64,000 bases of DNA. It comes from the human T2T-CHM13v2.0 reference genome, Homo sapiens. Numbering within the stretch: position 1 is the stretch's first letter; each line of letters opens with the position of its first letter. The notes under the pieces are model-generated. The model worked only from the letters and a program-made list of their open reading frames with translations. It was not told the origin of the DNA and ran no database searches. The stretch lies in NCBI RefSeq assembly GCF_009914755.1, contig NC_060926.1. One strand, written 5' to 3'. Positions 1 to 16,466 of the stretch are shown here, one piece after another. Both the position numbers and the translations under genes were made by a program.

Positions 1-1479
<1,479 letters not shown>

Positions 1480-1531
1480 CTAAGGTACATTAATAGGAGA
1501 TGAGAACACAAACAAGATGATATGAGATATA

Positions 1532-1552
1532 TACACACACACACACACACAC
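1532..1552. repeat. (AC)n microsatellite
   Basis: Direct reading. Confidence 0.9.
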
Positions 1553-1794
1553 AATTTTTTTTTACTTAAAAGTAACAACAATTGGTTGAAAGTCCTTATG
1601 CATAACTCAATTAGAATTTGTTGAATAGATGATTGAATACATGCTATTATTTTTTAAATGGACTATATATAAAATATCATGTAATTGAAAGTTTCAAAAA
1701 CCTAGCTCTACCCTCTAATATTCCCCTTTTTTCAAAATCAGCATTAAGGACAATTAATTTTGGCCCAAACATTCAGTAAGGAGAACTTTAATGA

Positions 1795-2237
<443 letters not shown>

Positions 2238-2464
2238 CATATTCTCTCTTCTTTACTTTCAGATCAGTTACTATTCTTGTTCAGCAAAACTAGTTATTAC
2301 TTTTCTTGCTATTATTCCTTTTTAGCAAAATAATGTTTAAAAAATAAAGAAGCTATCACTAATTACAGGAATTTATATCTAGTGTGTATCTGAGAGTAGG
2401 GATATAATTCTTTTCTGTGTAAAAAAAAATTCCTAGGGCACTGTATAACCTATAAGATGGCATT

Positions 2465-2730
2465 GTATACACGTGGTAAGGAGAAGTTTTGAGGTCACAA
2501 AGTTCTGGTTTCAAATCCAGTTTCTACTGCAAAACCACAACTGCTTAGTTACTAGCCTTGTAATTCTGAGCACGTTACTTACTCTCTCTGAGCCACAGTG
2601 CTTGTTAATCTGTAAAATCTTCCTTGTAGTGCTGGTAGTGTTAGGAGGGAAAGTGAGATAATATATGCTAAGTATGTAGCAGCAAAGTTCTGAAGTCATA
2701 AGTAGGGTTTCAATTAGTAGTAGTTATTAC
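2465..2730 (+). mobile_element. MIR SINE fragment
   Basis: ggtttcaaatccag ... ttacttactctctctgagcc ... atctgtaaaat core similarity. Confidence 0.65.
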
Positions 2731-3077
2731 AAAACGTGAGGAATATTTAAGAATCAGGAGTATAATGAGTCACTCATTTTTTCTATCAACATGCTTATTA
2801 TAAAAGCAACAAATTCAGAAACCTTTTTCACCCCACAGATCTACAAATAGGCACATCTACTGATAACTTTTCTTATTTCTTTCACTCAAATACTACATAC
2901 ATCTTTGTACTTAAAATGGCACCTGGCACAGAAAAGTTGCCTCTGAAGCATATGTTACATGAAATTGAGCCTCAAGTTACAGTCTGTTTAAGGTGACACC
3001 TTCTATACATACAGCCTGACATCCTCTTAGGAAGACATTCTTTATCAATGATTCTCAAAGTGTGGTCCATGCAATAG

Positions 3078-3448
<371 letters not shown>

Positions 3449-3491
3449 AAACATAAACTTTTTGACCTTGCTGAAATTCGCCGTGAGCTCA

Positions 3492-3778
3492 TGGCTGTGA
3501 AAAATACAACTGCCTGGACCATTTGGTGCTGCTGCCTTGATTGTTGCAAGCCAGCATTTCCCACCAGTGCTTTTGTACCATCTGCAAATTTCAGCAAAGT
3601 CAAAAAGGTAAATAATGCCTTGGATTTGCTATGAAAATAGTTTCAATGTTGTGGGCCTATTGCATAGACCACACTTCAAAATTTGCCAATGGTACAAAAG
3701 CACTGGTGGGAAATGCTGGCCTGCAACAATCAAAGCAGCAGCACCAAATGGTCCAGGCAGTTGTATTTTTCACTGCCA
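3492..3778. repeat. Inverted repeat, 90-bp arms (3492-3581 and 3689-3778), 107-nt spacer
   Basis: Manual reverse-complement alignment gives 87/90 identity. Confidence 0.95.
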
Positions 3779-4776
3779 CACGCTCATGGCAAAAATGATG
3801 CCACTTTCATTTAAGAGCATCTTTGATGAAGCAGTAAAATTGTATTACTTAAGTCTCAATCCTTGAGTATACGTCTTTTTAATGTACTGTGTGAAGAAAT
3901 GGGAAGCGCATATGAAGTACTTCTGTAGCATACTGAGGGAAGATGGTTGTCTTGAGAAAGAGCACTTGTGTCATTGTTGGACTTGAAAGCTGAGCCACCC
4001 ATCTTTGTCATGGAGTATCAATTTGACTTGAAAGAACAACTAAAGACAAACTATGGTTATTCGGATCTGCATATTTGACATTGTTTTAAAACTAAAGTGA
4101 GCCTATCACTCCAGGAAAAATATCTGACAGCATTTGTTGCCAATTATACCTTTTAACCTTTCAAGCAAAAATTAGAGTTTTGAAAAACTTGTAGTGGCCA
4201 CCATATGCTTAATAGTTTCCCAGTACTTAACTTTTTTGATATCAGTGGTGATTTAACAAATATGTTTGGTTTTGCTTTTAAATATGTCATATAATAAAAT
4301 GTGCCAACATTTGTAAGGGCTGCATAACCTTACAAAATACAGTAAACCAGTATTTTCCAAATGCATGCATGATGTTATAAAGTTATGAATAGGTAAAAGA
4401 AAAAGTATGAAAAGTTCATCAATATAGTTTTAGATTCAATTCCACTTTGCAACTAACCATTAAGAAACTACCACTTGTAGAATGTTGCTCTAGTATCAAA
4501 GAAGAATATCACAATTATCTGAAATGCAGATTAAAATATTTTTTCCTATTGTAATTACACATCTACCTGAGGCTGGATTTGCCTCACCAGCGTCAACCAA
4601 AACCACATATTGTATTAGATTAAATGCTGAAGCAATTATGAAAATCCAGTTGTCTTTCATTAAGTCAGACTTTAAAATATTTGCAAAAGTATATAAAACA
4701 TTGGCATTCTATTATTTTTCTGTTTTGAAAATATATTTATTGTGAAATAAATATATCATTTACATATATGCATTTA

Positions 4777-5118
4777 TAGTTGGCCCACCATATCCATGGG
4801 TTCCATACCTATGGATTCAACAAACCACAATCAAAAATATTTAGAAAAAAAAAAGAATGGTTATATCTGTACCTAACATGTATCAACTATTTTTTGTCAT
4901 TATTCCCCAAACAATATAGTATAATAACTATTTACATAGCATTTACACTGTATGAGGTATCATAAGTAAACTAGAGATAATTCAAAGTATATGGAAGGAT
5001 GTATGTACATTACATGCAAATACTACACCATTTTACATAAGGGGCTTGAGCATCCATGAATTTTGTTATCTGCAAGAAGTTCTGGAATCAATCCCCCGTG
5101 GATACAAGGGGATGACTG
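4777..5118 (-). mobile_element. MER2 (TcMar-Tigger MITE) nested in Charlie1
   Basis: Terminal inverted repeats tagttggcccaccatatccatgg and ccgtggatacaaggggatgactg, about 340 bp. Confidence 0.8.
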
Positions 5119-5316
5119 TGTATTATCTATAATTATTTTTAAATTAGTAAGCATTTAAAAAATTCCTCAGAATTTCTAATATGGTAATATTCATAAATAT
5201 AACACATTATTGGGGTCCTCAATAGTAACAGTGAAAAGAGATTCTGAGACCAAAAAGTTTGAAAACTTTGGATGACATGAATCACACTCAATAGTAAAAA
5301 CATCCTTACTTGAGTC

Positions 5317-5397
5317 AAATCACTTAGGAAAGCCTTAGAGAAAGAGTGTAGGAGAAAATCACTTAGGAAAGCCTTAGGGAAAGAGTGTAGGAGAAAT
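5317..5397. repeat. 39-bp tandem duplication (1 mismatch)
   Basis: aaatcacttaggaaagccttag(a/g)gaaagagtgtaggaga x2. Confidence 0.95.
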
Positions 5398-6468
5398 TAC
5401 ACATGCATTATGATTTGTCTCCTGACTTTATCACACAAAGACATTTTCACAGGCAAAACATATTCTCCTAGATACACAACTCAGCACTATTTCTAACTTC
5501 AAATGATGTTACTTAAGTTGGCTCTTATGATTGTAATTTCACATCCTAACATTATAGGACTTATTAAAAAACCATGGTTTAGCTTTGTTGCTTTATTTGG
5601 ATTACACAGTATCCTAAGGTCAAAACTCAGGAAATCTGTTATTAAAAAAAAAAGTATCCATGAAGTGATGACAAATTGCAGACTACAGGTGTTAGATTAC
5701 ATTTTGACTCCAGGCGGATTTAATATAAGTTGGTTCTCTTTTACAATTGCTCTTAGCACATACAGCTATAGGAGAGGGATTTAAAAAAAAAAAGAGAGAG
5801 AGAGAGAAAGAGAATAAGAAAAAAAAAGTGGCAGTCAATAAAAGAAGACCATGTCAAGAGAAATCAATACAAACAAGCAAAATGGTAGGAAGTCTGACAT
5901 GGAAATATGTGTTCAATTTCATCCAGCCTTAGTCTGTTTTTTTTTTTTTTTTTTTTAAATATTGTAACCAAGATACTACTGGAACACTGTGTATGTTTTT
6001 AATGCAGTTTAATAATTGTTTCTCAAAATAAACACTTTGGTCAAAGATAAAAGCATAAAAATATTGTGACACAATAGGCTGTTAAACCTGGGTTTTGGAG
6101 GAAGCATGGTTCTTAAAACAGCCTTTGGCTTATATCATTTCCTCTTTGGTTATAAATTGAGAACAACTATACCAACAGCTTTGGTATAGTTTGGGGAAAA
6201 AAAAAAGTATCACAGTCATTAATCTGATTGCTGGGAGTGGCCAGAATCTGCAAATACTGAAGAGGTAGGTGGCTGAGTGAAATGCTTCTTCAATATAAGG
6301 AGATGAGGAACTATATCAAATAGCTATGAAGAGAGTATAGAAAACAATCCACTCTCCAGTTAGAACCTGAGGAAAAGCATGGACACATGATGTACCTAGT
6401 GGCAATTATACCTTTCCCTTAATCAGCACCATCTGAGAAACAGATTTATTTGATCATCTAGGGCTAAC

Positions 6469-6584
6469 ATGACCAAAACCATTCCACAAAAACAACAAAC
6501 ACAATCCATGAGAAGACTTGGGAAGAATGACCAAAACCATTCCACAAAAACAACAAACACAATCCATGAGAAGACTTGGGAAGA
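6469..6584. repeat. Perfect 58-bp tandem duplication
   Basis: atgaccaaaaccattccacaaaaacaacaaacacaatccatgagaagacttgggaaga x2. Confidence 0.97.
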
Positions 6585-9500
6585 CCGGACCCTTTAGGAC
6601 AGTCCGGGCTATGACCATGTGTCCTTATGCCTGGGAGATACCATCCCCAGCCCACCCACCACACGCTCACTTGCCTGACATCCATAAGCACTAATTTCTC
6701 CCTGTTCCGACACTCCTCCACCACTCTTCACAAAGTATTCTCAGAACACAAAACCTAGCCTAAAAATTCACAGGAAAGGCCTATCTCTTGAAGACCCAAT
6801 TCAAGGCACAGATTAAAGTGTCTTTAAAGACCTTACATCTGGTTAAAACGAATAAAGAGTAAGATGGAAATGAGCAGGGTAACAGTTACCTCTAGGATTC
6901 TGATTTTTAAATAAATGTGTGACTTGCTTCATGGGTATAATTGCAAAAAAAAGTGGCTTTTGCACCAGCATACATGAAAGAAGATACTCTTAAGTTAAAC
7001 ATAACCAGGTAACTAAATGAGGAAGATGAAAGGTTAGGATGACTTGGTACCACACGATCCCAATGATATTAAAAGAACCAACCTGGAAATTTCTAATACT
7101 TCAGCAATGGCAAAAGGCTAAGAAAGAAAGATGTGCAAAGGGTTCAGATTAAGCATGATCCCTCAGAATGCTTAAATAGTTAATCCAGCTGGCTCTATAA
7201 TTCTCAAGTGAAGTAAAAATGTGACCCAAATGAAAATAACTTCATCAATGCCAGTGACACATGATTTGTGAGCTTTGAAACTTGTTTTAAAACAGATTCA
7301 AGGTAAGCTTAAAATAATAGAATAGAGACCACTTCAGATAAATACATTTCACCCAGTAAATTTAACCAGAGCAGAGTTTTAATTCCTTTTAAATGAAAAT
7401 GTTTTAAGATATATGAAGGAAAAGAATAGATACATTTAATAAGAAGAGACATCACTCAGTCAGCCAAGAATTGTCAATGAAGACTTAAATAATGATTCCT
7501 AAGGTAAAGCACCAAAGAGTCAGAATTCAAACCATTTCCAAATCCCTTCATAGTATTTATAAATCTAGTGATGAAAAATATAAATTGAAAACACCTATTT
7601 AGAATAGGATGATTTAGAAACAAGGATAATATGGAGGGGTGTGGTGGGGGGGGAGATTATCTATGTATACTTTCAGTCATAGGATCTCAATAAATTATGT
7701 AAGCTTCACTGAAATAAAGCATTACTATTACTGATTTACACATAGATTATTTAATATGACTCCATGGTCGTATATCAAATTTCTGTAATTATTTAAATCC
7801 TGTAATTATTTTCAAAGCTCTTTATCATCTTTTGTTTTTCTTACTTCTTAAAAAGAATGAAATAATCTCACAATATTGGCAGGTACTACTGCATTTATTC
7901 TTCAGAGGAAGAAACAAATACACAAAATTGAGCTCTGACTCCAAAATCACATACCCCCGAGTCTAACATGTAACAAATATATGCTTACTGCTGTTTAGCT
8001 AGCTAATGGAGAAAAATACAAAATTATATTCTGTTTCAATTTAAGTTTTTAGCACAAATTTCTTTTAGTGTGAATAAACACCTTCAACTAAAATCTACTA
8101 GACTCTAAGAATAACACTATAAATGACAGAGGCTATTATTCAATATTTCAAGTTTGGAATTAAAAGTGAAAACAACACAAATGTTAGGAAAAATTAGAAT
8201 ACTTTATGGGGAAGTTTCTCTCCCAAATGTCCATTTAGAGTGGGTTATAAAGAGATTTTTACATTTCTATCTCTGTGTACCATTTTTACAAAGCAGATAC
8301 CCAGTTTCATCAAAATTTGCTAGCACATAAAGAGAGACCCTTCCTGACAAACCTCAGCCAAGAACCAGTTTAGGATTTAAAATCCCCATAACTACAATGG
8401 CACTAGTGACATCACAACTGAAGTGTTTTACAGCTTCTTAAAAGACAGGGCTTCAATTATTTAAGGAGAAAGCATGTTTGGAAGAGATGCTTTACTTCAG
8501 GGGAAAGAGATGAAAGAAGGTAATCCATGTGTTTGAAGCCTCACATGAGGCTATTTAGAATCCCACATTAGGCCACATTTTCTGTATAATTTTTACAGTT
8601 GGGGTACTCAGAAGTCAGAACAATCTGACAGTTATGGTTAGTGAAAATATTAGATGTTCACCAAGAAAATACTACCTCAGCATATTTTTTGCTTTCTGAA
8701 TGTAACCACTTAATAACAGGACTTGAGAAAACTGCACTGTGTGAATCAAACACATAAAAGTACAAATATTCCTTTTATAGAAAGTAAATCTTAAGGAGTG
8801 CATTATAATCAACCACTCTGGTAAAAGAAAAAAAAAATCTAGCATTACCACACCACTGACATATTATAGTTTATTATACCCAGAAGTCCAAACTGGGTAA
8901 ACAAAGTCAAATGATCAAAGAAGGGTTTTCGCCTCAAACCATGAGGCAGAGGCCATTGATCTCTAGGGAGAGGCAGCAAAGATTCCTGGTGGCTTAGCTC
9001 TTAAAAGGTATCAAGTGAGAGCTTATCAGACATAGCCTTTAGTTTTCAACTTCATTTAATTTCATCAGAGACTGGCTTTCTTGGTATTATTTTCTTGCAA
9101 GAGAAAAATAATATGGAAAAATTAAATATGTGAGGTAGAAACTTCCCAAAAGTTTGGGCTCTTAATTCTAGGGTAGGCTTTTCCATTCTAAACCACTTTT
9201 AATTCATTATGGGAATATTGGTTTTGTATCCTCCACATTAATGATCTTACTACCTGAAACCAGGTATGGACAGATTTTGCTTCTCAACTTTGTGGCAGGT
9301 ATATCGGGTGAGAAGTGAAAAGCCAACAAGGACAGGCACTCTTGTTTAGATCACGGCTTTCTCAAGAAAATGAGTCTCCTTTTCCCAGGGGTCCAAGGAT
9401 GGTCACTGGGAAGAGAAATCTCAGTTCCTAATTCCCTGGGGCAAAGTAACTGGACTAGTAACTCCTTTTCTCACAAGCAAGATTCCAGTCTCCGAGCAGC

Positions 9501-9779
9501 AGAGGACCATGTTACTCCCACAAGGCCATTCAGCATCCTTATCTACTCAGATTCACAAAACAAGTCCAATTGTGTCTCCACACAACGTTTCCTTGGCTTT
9601 TCTGAGCATATTTGCTTACCCTGTGTAGGTCGTCTTCAGAAACTGGAACTGTCAAGTTATTATACTTTCAAATGTGAATACGCTTCGGGGTGGATTTAAT
9701 TTAATAGCTGAGAACTCAGTACAAAACAAACATACTTACAAATGACATTAGCAGGGAATTAATCGTTAACGCTCTTGAT

Positions 9780-10480
9780 TGGTACTCCAAGACCAACCCC
9801 CCAGGTTGCTCCAGCCAAGATCTGAGAGTTCTCACTGACTCCTTCCCCTCAACTAAAACTCCACATCTAGTTGATCCCACGTGTTGCTGATTATTCCTTT
9901 TAAACAGTTCTTGGATTAATTTTCCCTTCTCCAGATGTACTCCCATTGCTGTAATTCAGACTCTTATAATCTCTTGCCTGAATTACTCTGACTTCCTCCC
10001 AACAGGCCTCCCTGTCACAGCCAACCGAACATCTTGCTAAAGGCCCTCAGTGGCCTTCAGGTGGTCTAGGCCTCTTCTGTGTACAAGAAGGCCCCGTAAC
10101 CTCACTGCAGCCTGAGCCCCTGCTGGTCCTTGCTCCCCAGCCCCTGCCTTGCAGGCTGTGCTCCAACAACTCTACACTGGAGCCCCCAGACTCATGCTGT
10201 GTCACCCTTTCTTGGAAACCTCTGATGATGAATCTGTAAGAGCCATGAGCAGCACTACGCCTTGGAAGCCTTCTGAGTTCTCCAACTCACCAGGTTTGGG
10301 GCAGGCATGCCCCTTTTGTGCTTTTCTTTCTCTTACTTATACGCTGTATTATAGCTATCTGCTCTCATATCTGCCTCTCCACTGATCTCTGGGCTCCTTA
10401 AGGGTAGATTCTGTGTTATATTCACCTCCACATACTCTAAACTTAGCACAATGTCAAGGCACTGTGCTTTGAATGAATAT
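9780..10480 (+). mobile_element. L2 LINE 3' fragment
   Basis: Pyrimidine-rich L2-like body ending gctccttaagggtag...gcacaatgtcaaggcac...tgaatgaat. Confidence 0.6.
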
Positions 10481-10676
10481 ATACGTCTACACAGGCAATA
10501 GCCATATTACACAGACTGAAAGTCATCCTTAAATTTAGAACACATCTAATAGTCCTAAGGGGAAATAAAGTATTAAATCTATGTAGGCACTCACTAAAAA
10601 TACACTTATTACCGAAAAGAGCTGAGTTATCATAGTTTATAATAATTTGATACATGCACACATACACTTTGTATAC

Positions 10677-10710
10677 AGGTTAATAAATACCATAGGTTAA
10701 TAAATACCAT
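10677..10710. repeat. 17-bp tandem duplication
   Basis: aggttaataaataccat x2. Confidence 0.9.
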
Positions 10711-11688
10711 ACTGACTCACACAGTTCTTTAATTCCCAAAAAAATCTGATTGAAAATTATTAACACTCAAGAAATATATAGGATATTCCTATTCTCAGGG
10801 ATAAAAACTGACATATTCATCAGTTTGCTTCTCTCTCTCCCTCCCCAATCTGCAGAAATATTTCTACTATCACTAGAACTTAAAGGGCCTGCAGCAGACA
10901 GCTTCCATGACAAGAAAAGTTGCTGGAGGCAAAACAGCAAAACAACAAATAAAAATGAGAGAATCCATATAAGACAAACAAAGGAAACCTTTAAAAACAA
11001 TGCAGAATTTATAAAAGCCAGAAGTATTTGTTAAAAAATGGATCATATGTATCACAATAAAATTCTGAATTGTCAATGGCTCCCAACTGAGCAAAATATG
11101 AAAGAATATTGCCTATATACAAAATACTATAGAAAACACTGAATGTCTTGTCCAAAACAAATATTAAATGCCAGAATGATTTTCTTTGGAACAGAATGAA
11201 CAAAGAGAGACTTTGTGAAGAAACAACAAAGAAAAAAAGTAACAAAATTAATTCAATGTATATATTTTTTTGCCCCCACTTTGATTTAACCTCTATAGTT
11301 CCAACACCACATATTCCAAAGTAAGCAAAGAGAATGGTTTCAAGTTAGAGCCACAAACTGTCTTTACTGCTTTTTGCCTGTCTTCGTAGCTTACTTAGAC
11401 TTTATCAAAATTTACTTCTAAAAATATGCATCTGAAACTGAATAAATAATGGAAGTTAAGAAACTCTAGAGGCCAAATATGAGCCATTTCATTTATACTT
11501 GCAGAAATCAAAAAGCATTTTGGCATTTAACAACATTTTTTTAGGGTACAGTGCTTTTAAGACATTATATAATTACCCTTACTGAGAGTACAGTTTTTAG
11601 CTTTGTCAGGGTCTCTATTGGAATTATAATTCCATGCTGAGCAACGAGTTCTATCAAACCTCTATTATCATATTAAAACACTTGAGTA

Positions 11689-12014
11689 GGCCAGGTGCAG
11701 TAGCTCACATCTGTAATCCCAGCACTTTGGGAGGCCGAGGCGGGTGGATCACCTGAGGTCAGGAGTTTGAGACCAGCCTGGCCAGCGTGGCGAAACCTAG
11801 TCACCACTAAAAATACAAAAATTAGCCAGGCATGGTGGCACACACCTAAATCCCAGCTACTAGGGAGGCTGAGGCAGGAGAATCGCTTAAACTGGGAGGC
11901 GGAGGTTGCAATGAGCCAAGATCACGCCACTGCACTCCAGCCTGGGGGACACAGCAAGACTCTGTCTCAAAAAAAAAATAAATAAAAATAAAAACAAAAA
12001 CAAACAAACAAAAA
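11689..12014 (+). mobile_element. AluS (Sx-like) SINE
   Basis: Full dimer with A-rich tail and degenerate TSD aaa(a/c)cacttga(g/t)ta. Confidence 0.92.
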
Positions 12015-15000
12015 CCACTTGATTAAGGGTACCCTCAAGATTCCAAACTTTCTATTTCTGAGAAGAGAACAGATTTAATGAGATATTTTGAAAGTAGAGC
12101 TGGTAAAAAGAATATTTGTGAAAAGCAATGCTAAAAAAAAAACACTTCATAGGGCAGAAAGAGAAAAGGCAAAATTTACCACACATAGTGGAGCAATGGG
12201 TATTAAATAATCATCTCTGAATAAACTCTACAAATCAATATGGTCCTTTTGGTCTAAACTAAGAATGCTATTGCCTAAAGGAAATCTCTAAGGTCAACCA
12301 GCAATTAACTGAAAGGTTTTGATTGAAAATGCTATTGATGGCTTTCATATCAGACAGCTTCCTGGTTATTATACTGCATGGGCTAAGTAGGTGCCAAGAC
12401 ATTAAACTGTCAATAACCTATTAATACTAGACTGCTATGCTTACTCTCCCCGAATCTGGGCAGGCAAATGTATTCAAGCCATGTACCTGCTTAGAACTAA
12501 TGCAAATTCCCCAACCCTGATGTGGAAATCATATCTTTATTACCTCCCAGTTTAAATGTCTAGTAGTGTTGACAGAGTATAAGAAAAATATGCAGATAAT
12601 AAATGCTTATTCAGATGAGTTAAACTAACATTTGTTTTTAAAGAGATGGCTAAAGGGATAGAGAACATGTCTTGGAATCTGACTTCCTTTCTAAGCCATA
12701 TTTAACAGTTTCTAAATTGAATGTAATAAACACTTTATAAAGAGAAATGAGAAGTTATTTAAAGTGAGGCTTATAGGTCCTTGCCACTCAGCATCTGGAA
12801 AGCAGTTATACATTGGGGAGTGGGGGAGAACTTTTAATGAATTTAATAGAGAAAAAGCACTTTAATTAAATGCTGTCAAAGTAGATTGTATTAATGATGG
12901 TACACAGAGGAATTTTAAGCCAGCCAAGTGTATTTAGCAAATAGAAATGGGGCTTTTGAAGCCTGCAAGTATTTATGTTTCCGCAGTTGCAGTACATCTA
13001 GATGATGGTGCCAAATGAAACTGTTGAGTTATTATTAGATATGATTTTATTTATTGTGTATTATTAAAGTTTCAAAAGCCTTAGGGGAATTAATCTCATT
13101 TTCAAAATGAAATACCACATTTGATCAGAAAGGGTTAAGAAAAGAGAATATTGTCCCCTAATTTTTTTCTGTTCCCTGGAATTTTGATGCAGGTGAATGG
13201 CTAGTGGGAACAGCCTTTTCTAGGTTCATGCAGCCAGAATTCACTTTATTGGACAGTAGTATGGTAGCAAAGAAATCAATGACAGTATTTCTCCTGTGAG
13301 TTTTTCTCCTGTTTTCTTTTTTTCTAGTGATTTGCCACCAAACATAATTCATTCCATTATACATAGCAATAAGCTGAAAAATGACCAAAGCTCTTAAAAA
13401 TCTCCATGAAAATTTGGTTGTCATAACTTTCCTTAATCAAAAACTCGAGTAGCCCAAACTTCTACAAAGGAAAAGGTATCGAATGTTTGACTTGGGGGCA
13501 ACAGGAAAAAAAGGGGTCTTTCTTAGTATTTTCTATTCAGAAGTTGACCACAGAACAAACCTATTATTAATAATATTTTTTAAATAAACAAAGAAAATAT
13601 GAGCCTTAATGCATGAAAGCTATAAAAGATTGAAAAGCTGGTCTGGCTGGAAAATACTATGTGTGTGTCAAAATGATTTTCTCTACCGTTTGTAAAAATG
13701 TAATTATCCATGATATGCTATTACCCATGATATGCTACAAGGGTGAAGGATTTCAAGTAAATCCATTGGAAGCTGAGGATTCGCTTTTGGTATTCAGTCT
13801 CTGACACCACCATGTCTGTGAGATCACAAACCACTGCCATGATTTACCACATCCTTCTTGCAGTTATATATACACCCTTTCAGCCTGTCTTTAGCTTTTA
13901 ATTCAAAACATGAAAAAGGGGGAGAAAGGAAATGTGAGGGTGGGAGAAAAAAAACAAAACAAAACACAAAACTCAGCATCTATTTCCTTTCAAGAAGAGA
14001 AAAATGATCACAAATACTTTCAACTTTCTAAATAATCTAATTTTTAATGCTCCCCCCCAACTAGTTATTAATATCATATGTTTGATCTGTGTCTTTGTAG
14101 TTCTGGAATTTATAAGTAACTCTGCATTTCCCATTTCTGCCAAGATGTTTCCGACTAATCTTTGAAATGCTGCAAATGTAGATGAATATGACATGAAATA
14201 GAAACTGATTACATACACGTTCTATATGTGAGGAATGGCAACACAGAACACAGATGACAGTTACATGTTCATATGGTATAAAGTACTACTCTGCTTCATA
14301 TATACAAATATATAGAGATCATCAAAGTACAGCATGCCACCTCTACTACATCTGTATTAGGAACTCAAACTGGTTGATTTCTTATCAACAAAATGACAAG
14401 AAAATTTCTTCTCTCCTGGTAAATCAGTAGTTCTAATATGAAGATCTATTGAAGAATTGTCAACTAACAGACCATCCTGATGCATTTGATCCAGGTTATG
14501 TTATACAACCAAAGAATCAGTTAATTTGGTTCTTTCCTTTCATTACTATGTTAACTTACTAGGCATGCTGTTTAACTATTTTAGCCCCTGTCTCCTTGGG
14601 AGGCTTTCATTTCCCATGATGCACCCAAATAAGAGTTCCTCTCAAAAGTGTAGCCCTAAATTACACCACATGGAAATATTTGACATTGGCCCACCACAAT
14701 TCCTTGCCAGTCTTCTCTTACCACACTTTTGAGTACAACTATTGACCTGCATTGTCAAAAAAACATGAAATGCAAAACACTATACTTAAAAAAAATCATT
14801 GCATGTGAATACTGCACTTATGCAGTACATGCTCACTTTAGCACCTTCTGCTCATTTTGATCATAACAGAAACAGGAATACCTTTCCATATTCACATATA
14901 TTCATCTTTAAGAGTTCACATCATAGATTTTAGCTCCCTAATTTACTTTTTTTAAAAAAATTGACTCTTAATTTTTGAGGTGCACTGTTTGAGTTTATCA

Positions 15001-15436
15001 TATCTAAAAAATAACTGTTAATTTGTTCCTGTTTTCTACCTAGACTCCTCAAATATCTTGGGTGTTTGGCACTAGGAAATCACAAATTATGGACTCATTA
15101 TGCTACAGATTCTATAAAGTTGATCCAACCAGATACTCAAGTGAGCTTTGTACGCTGCATAAGAAAGAAATACAAAGATAAACATGTTTGAACATGAAGA
15201 AATAAATTTAAACTAAAGAAAAGCATGACAAGGAAAGAGTAGGAACAACTGCTATTTAAATAAACATTTTTGTTATCTGGATGATCAAATGAGCTGTATT
15301 ACCAATCAGACAATCAGTTCTGGAAACACCTGACTTTTCTTTCATACAATTGTTTTCAGCAAGTTTTGTTTATAAAAAATAAATAATACACGGATGGCCA
15401 AAGAGCTTGAAATAAAAAAGTTAACTGGAGTCTACT

Positions 15437-15643
15437 CAGTGTTTCGCTGGCAAATATTTAACAACTGGGTCTCTAAAGAAAAAAAAAAAGCCCCAATTGG
15501 ATAATCCACCAGTTTTTGTAGTGTGAATAATCCCACCATGGCCAGTTTCACGCTGCCAATGGTATAACAACCAGCTTTTGAAATTCTAAAAATTTAACAA
15601 TTGGCTTCTGCAAGCCAGAGTAGGCTTTCTCCAGCATACTCTG
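15437..15643 (-). mobile_element. MER63-like hAT MITE
   Basis: cagtg...gctggcaaatatttaacaact...aaaatttaacaattggct...ctccagca matches my recollection of the MER63A layout. Confidence 0.65.
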
Positions 15644-16466
15644 ACTCTACTATAGAGAAGCAAGACCATGTTCCTCCTCTGACAAGCCACATACTGCTTC
15701 CCAGACTTGCTCACTGAATCCCTTTGCCTGGCCTGACTTACCTGTCATTTTCCCAGCCCCAAAGTGATTATTAGGATGACCCCAATGTGATCCACAATTC
15801 CATAAAATATTCTATATCAAAAGGTGAAGGGTTATATGATTTGCAGTGAATTTGATCTGGAAACAACTTGTGAGGAAATTGAACTTGTGACCTTAGAACT
15901 GTCAAACCTATCTAGTTTGCTTGATCTCCCATTTCTAGGGTCAAACCAAGTAATAATAAAATAAATGAATTTCAGAACTTTGGCAGTTTTCCTTTAATTG
16001 AAAGTGTGCTTTTCTATCATTACAAGGGGAAGTTCCAGACTTCAACTTAATAAAAATCAGCAGTAGTTTGCAGCTACATTAGATTTCCACACTAAACAGA
16101 AACAGCTGAGAAGCCACAGTAGGTAGGTTTGGTTACGACAGTTTAAAACTCAGTGGCTGGCTTTCTCTTGCAATTGCCAAAACTATCAGTCATAAGAAAA
16201 TCAACTGGGTCTCTGAGTCCAATATAAGATGTTCATAATCTGTTATAGTGTTGCTAATTTGTTTTTCCAAAATGCATTTGAACCTCCCAGGAGCAATGTG
16301 TTTTTGTTTTGTTTTGTTGTTGTTGTTTATATTTTGCACCCTCATTAAAATACTCAAATGGAAATTAGAAATGGATGAGCCAACTCACAGTATGAGTGTT
16401 TTAGATAAAAGGGGTCTCTGCAATCACCTAATTCATGTTGTAATAATTTAGAAAACAGTAGATGGA

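Noticed and set aside
3615-4745. Transposase-like ORF fragments as a possible domesticated gene
   Set aside because: Broken by stops, frameshifts and nested insertions. A decayed Charlie1 fossil.
5317-6584. Direct repeats as a CRISPR-like array
   Set aside because: Only two adjacent copies each, no spacers, and a eukaryotic intron context.
13704-13737. 17-bp near-perfect tandem repeat (similar ones at 10677 and about 17588)
   Set aside because: Common micro-duplications with no sign of function.
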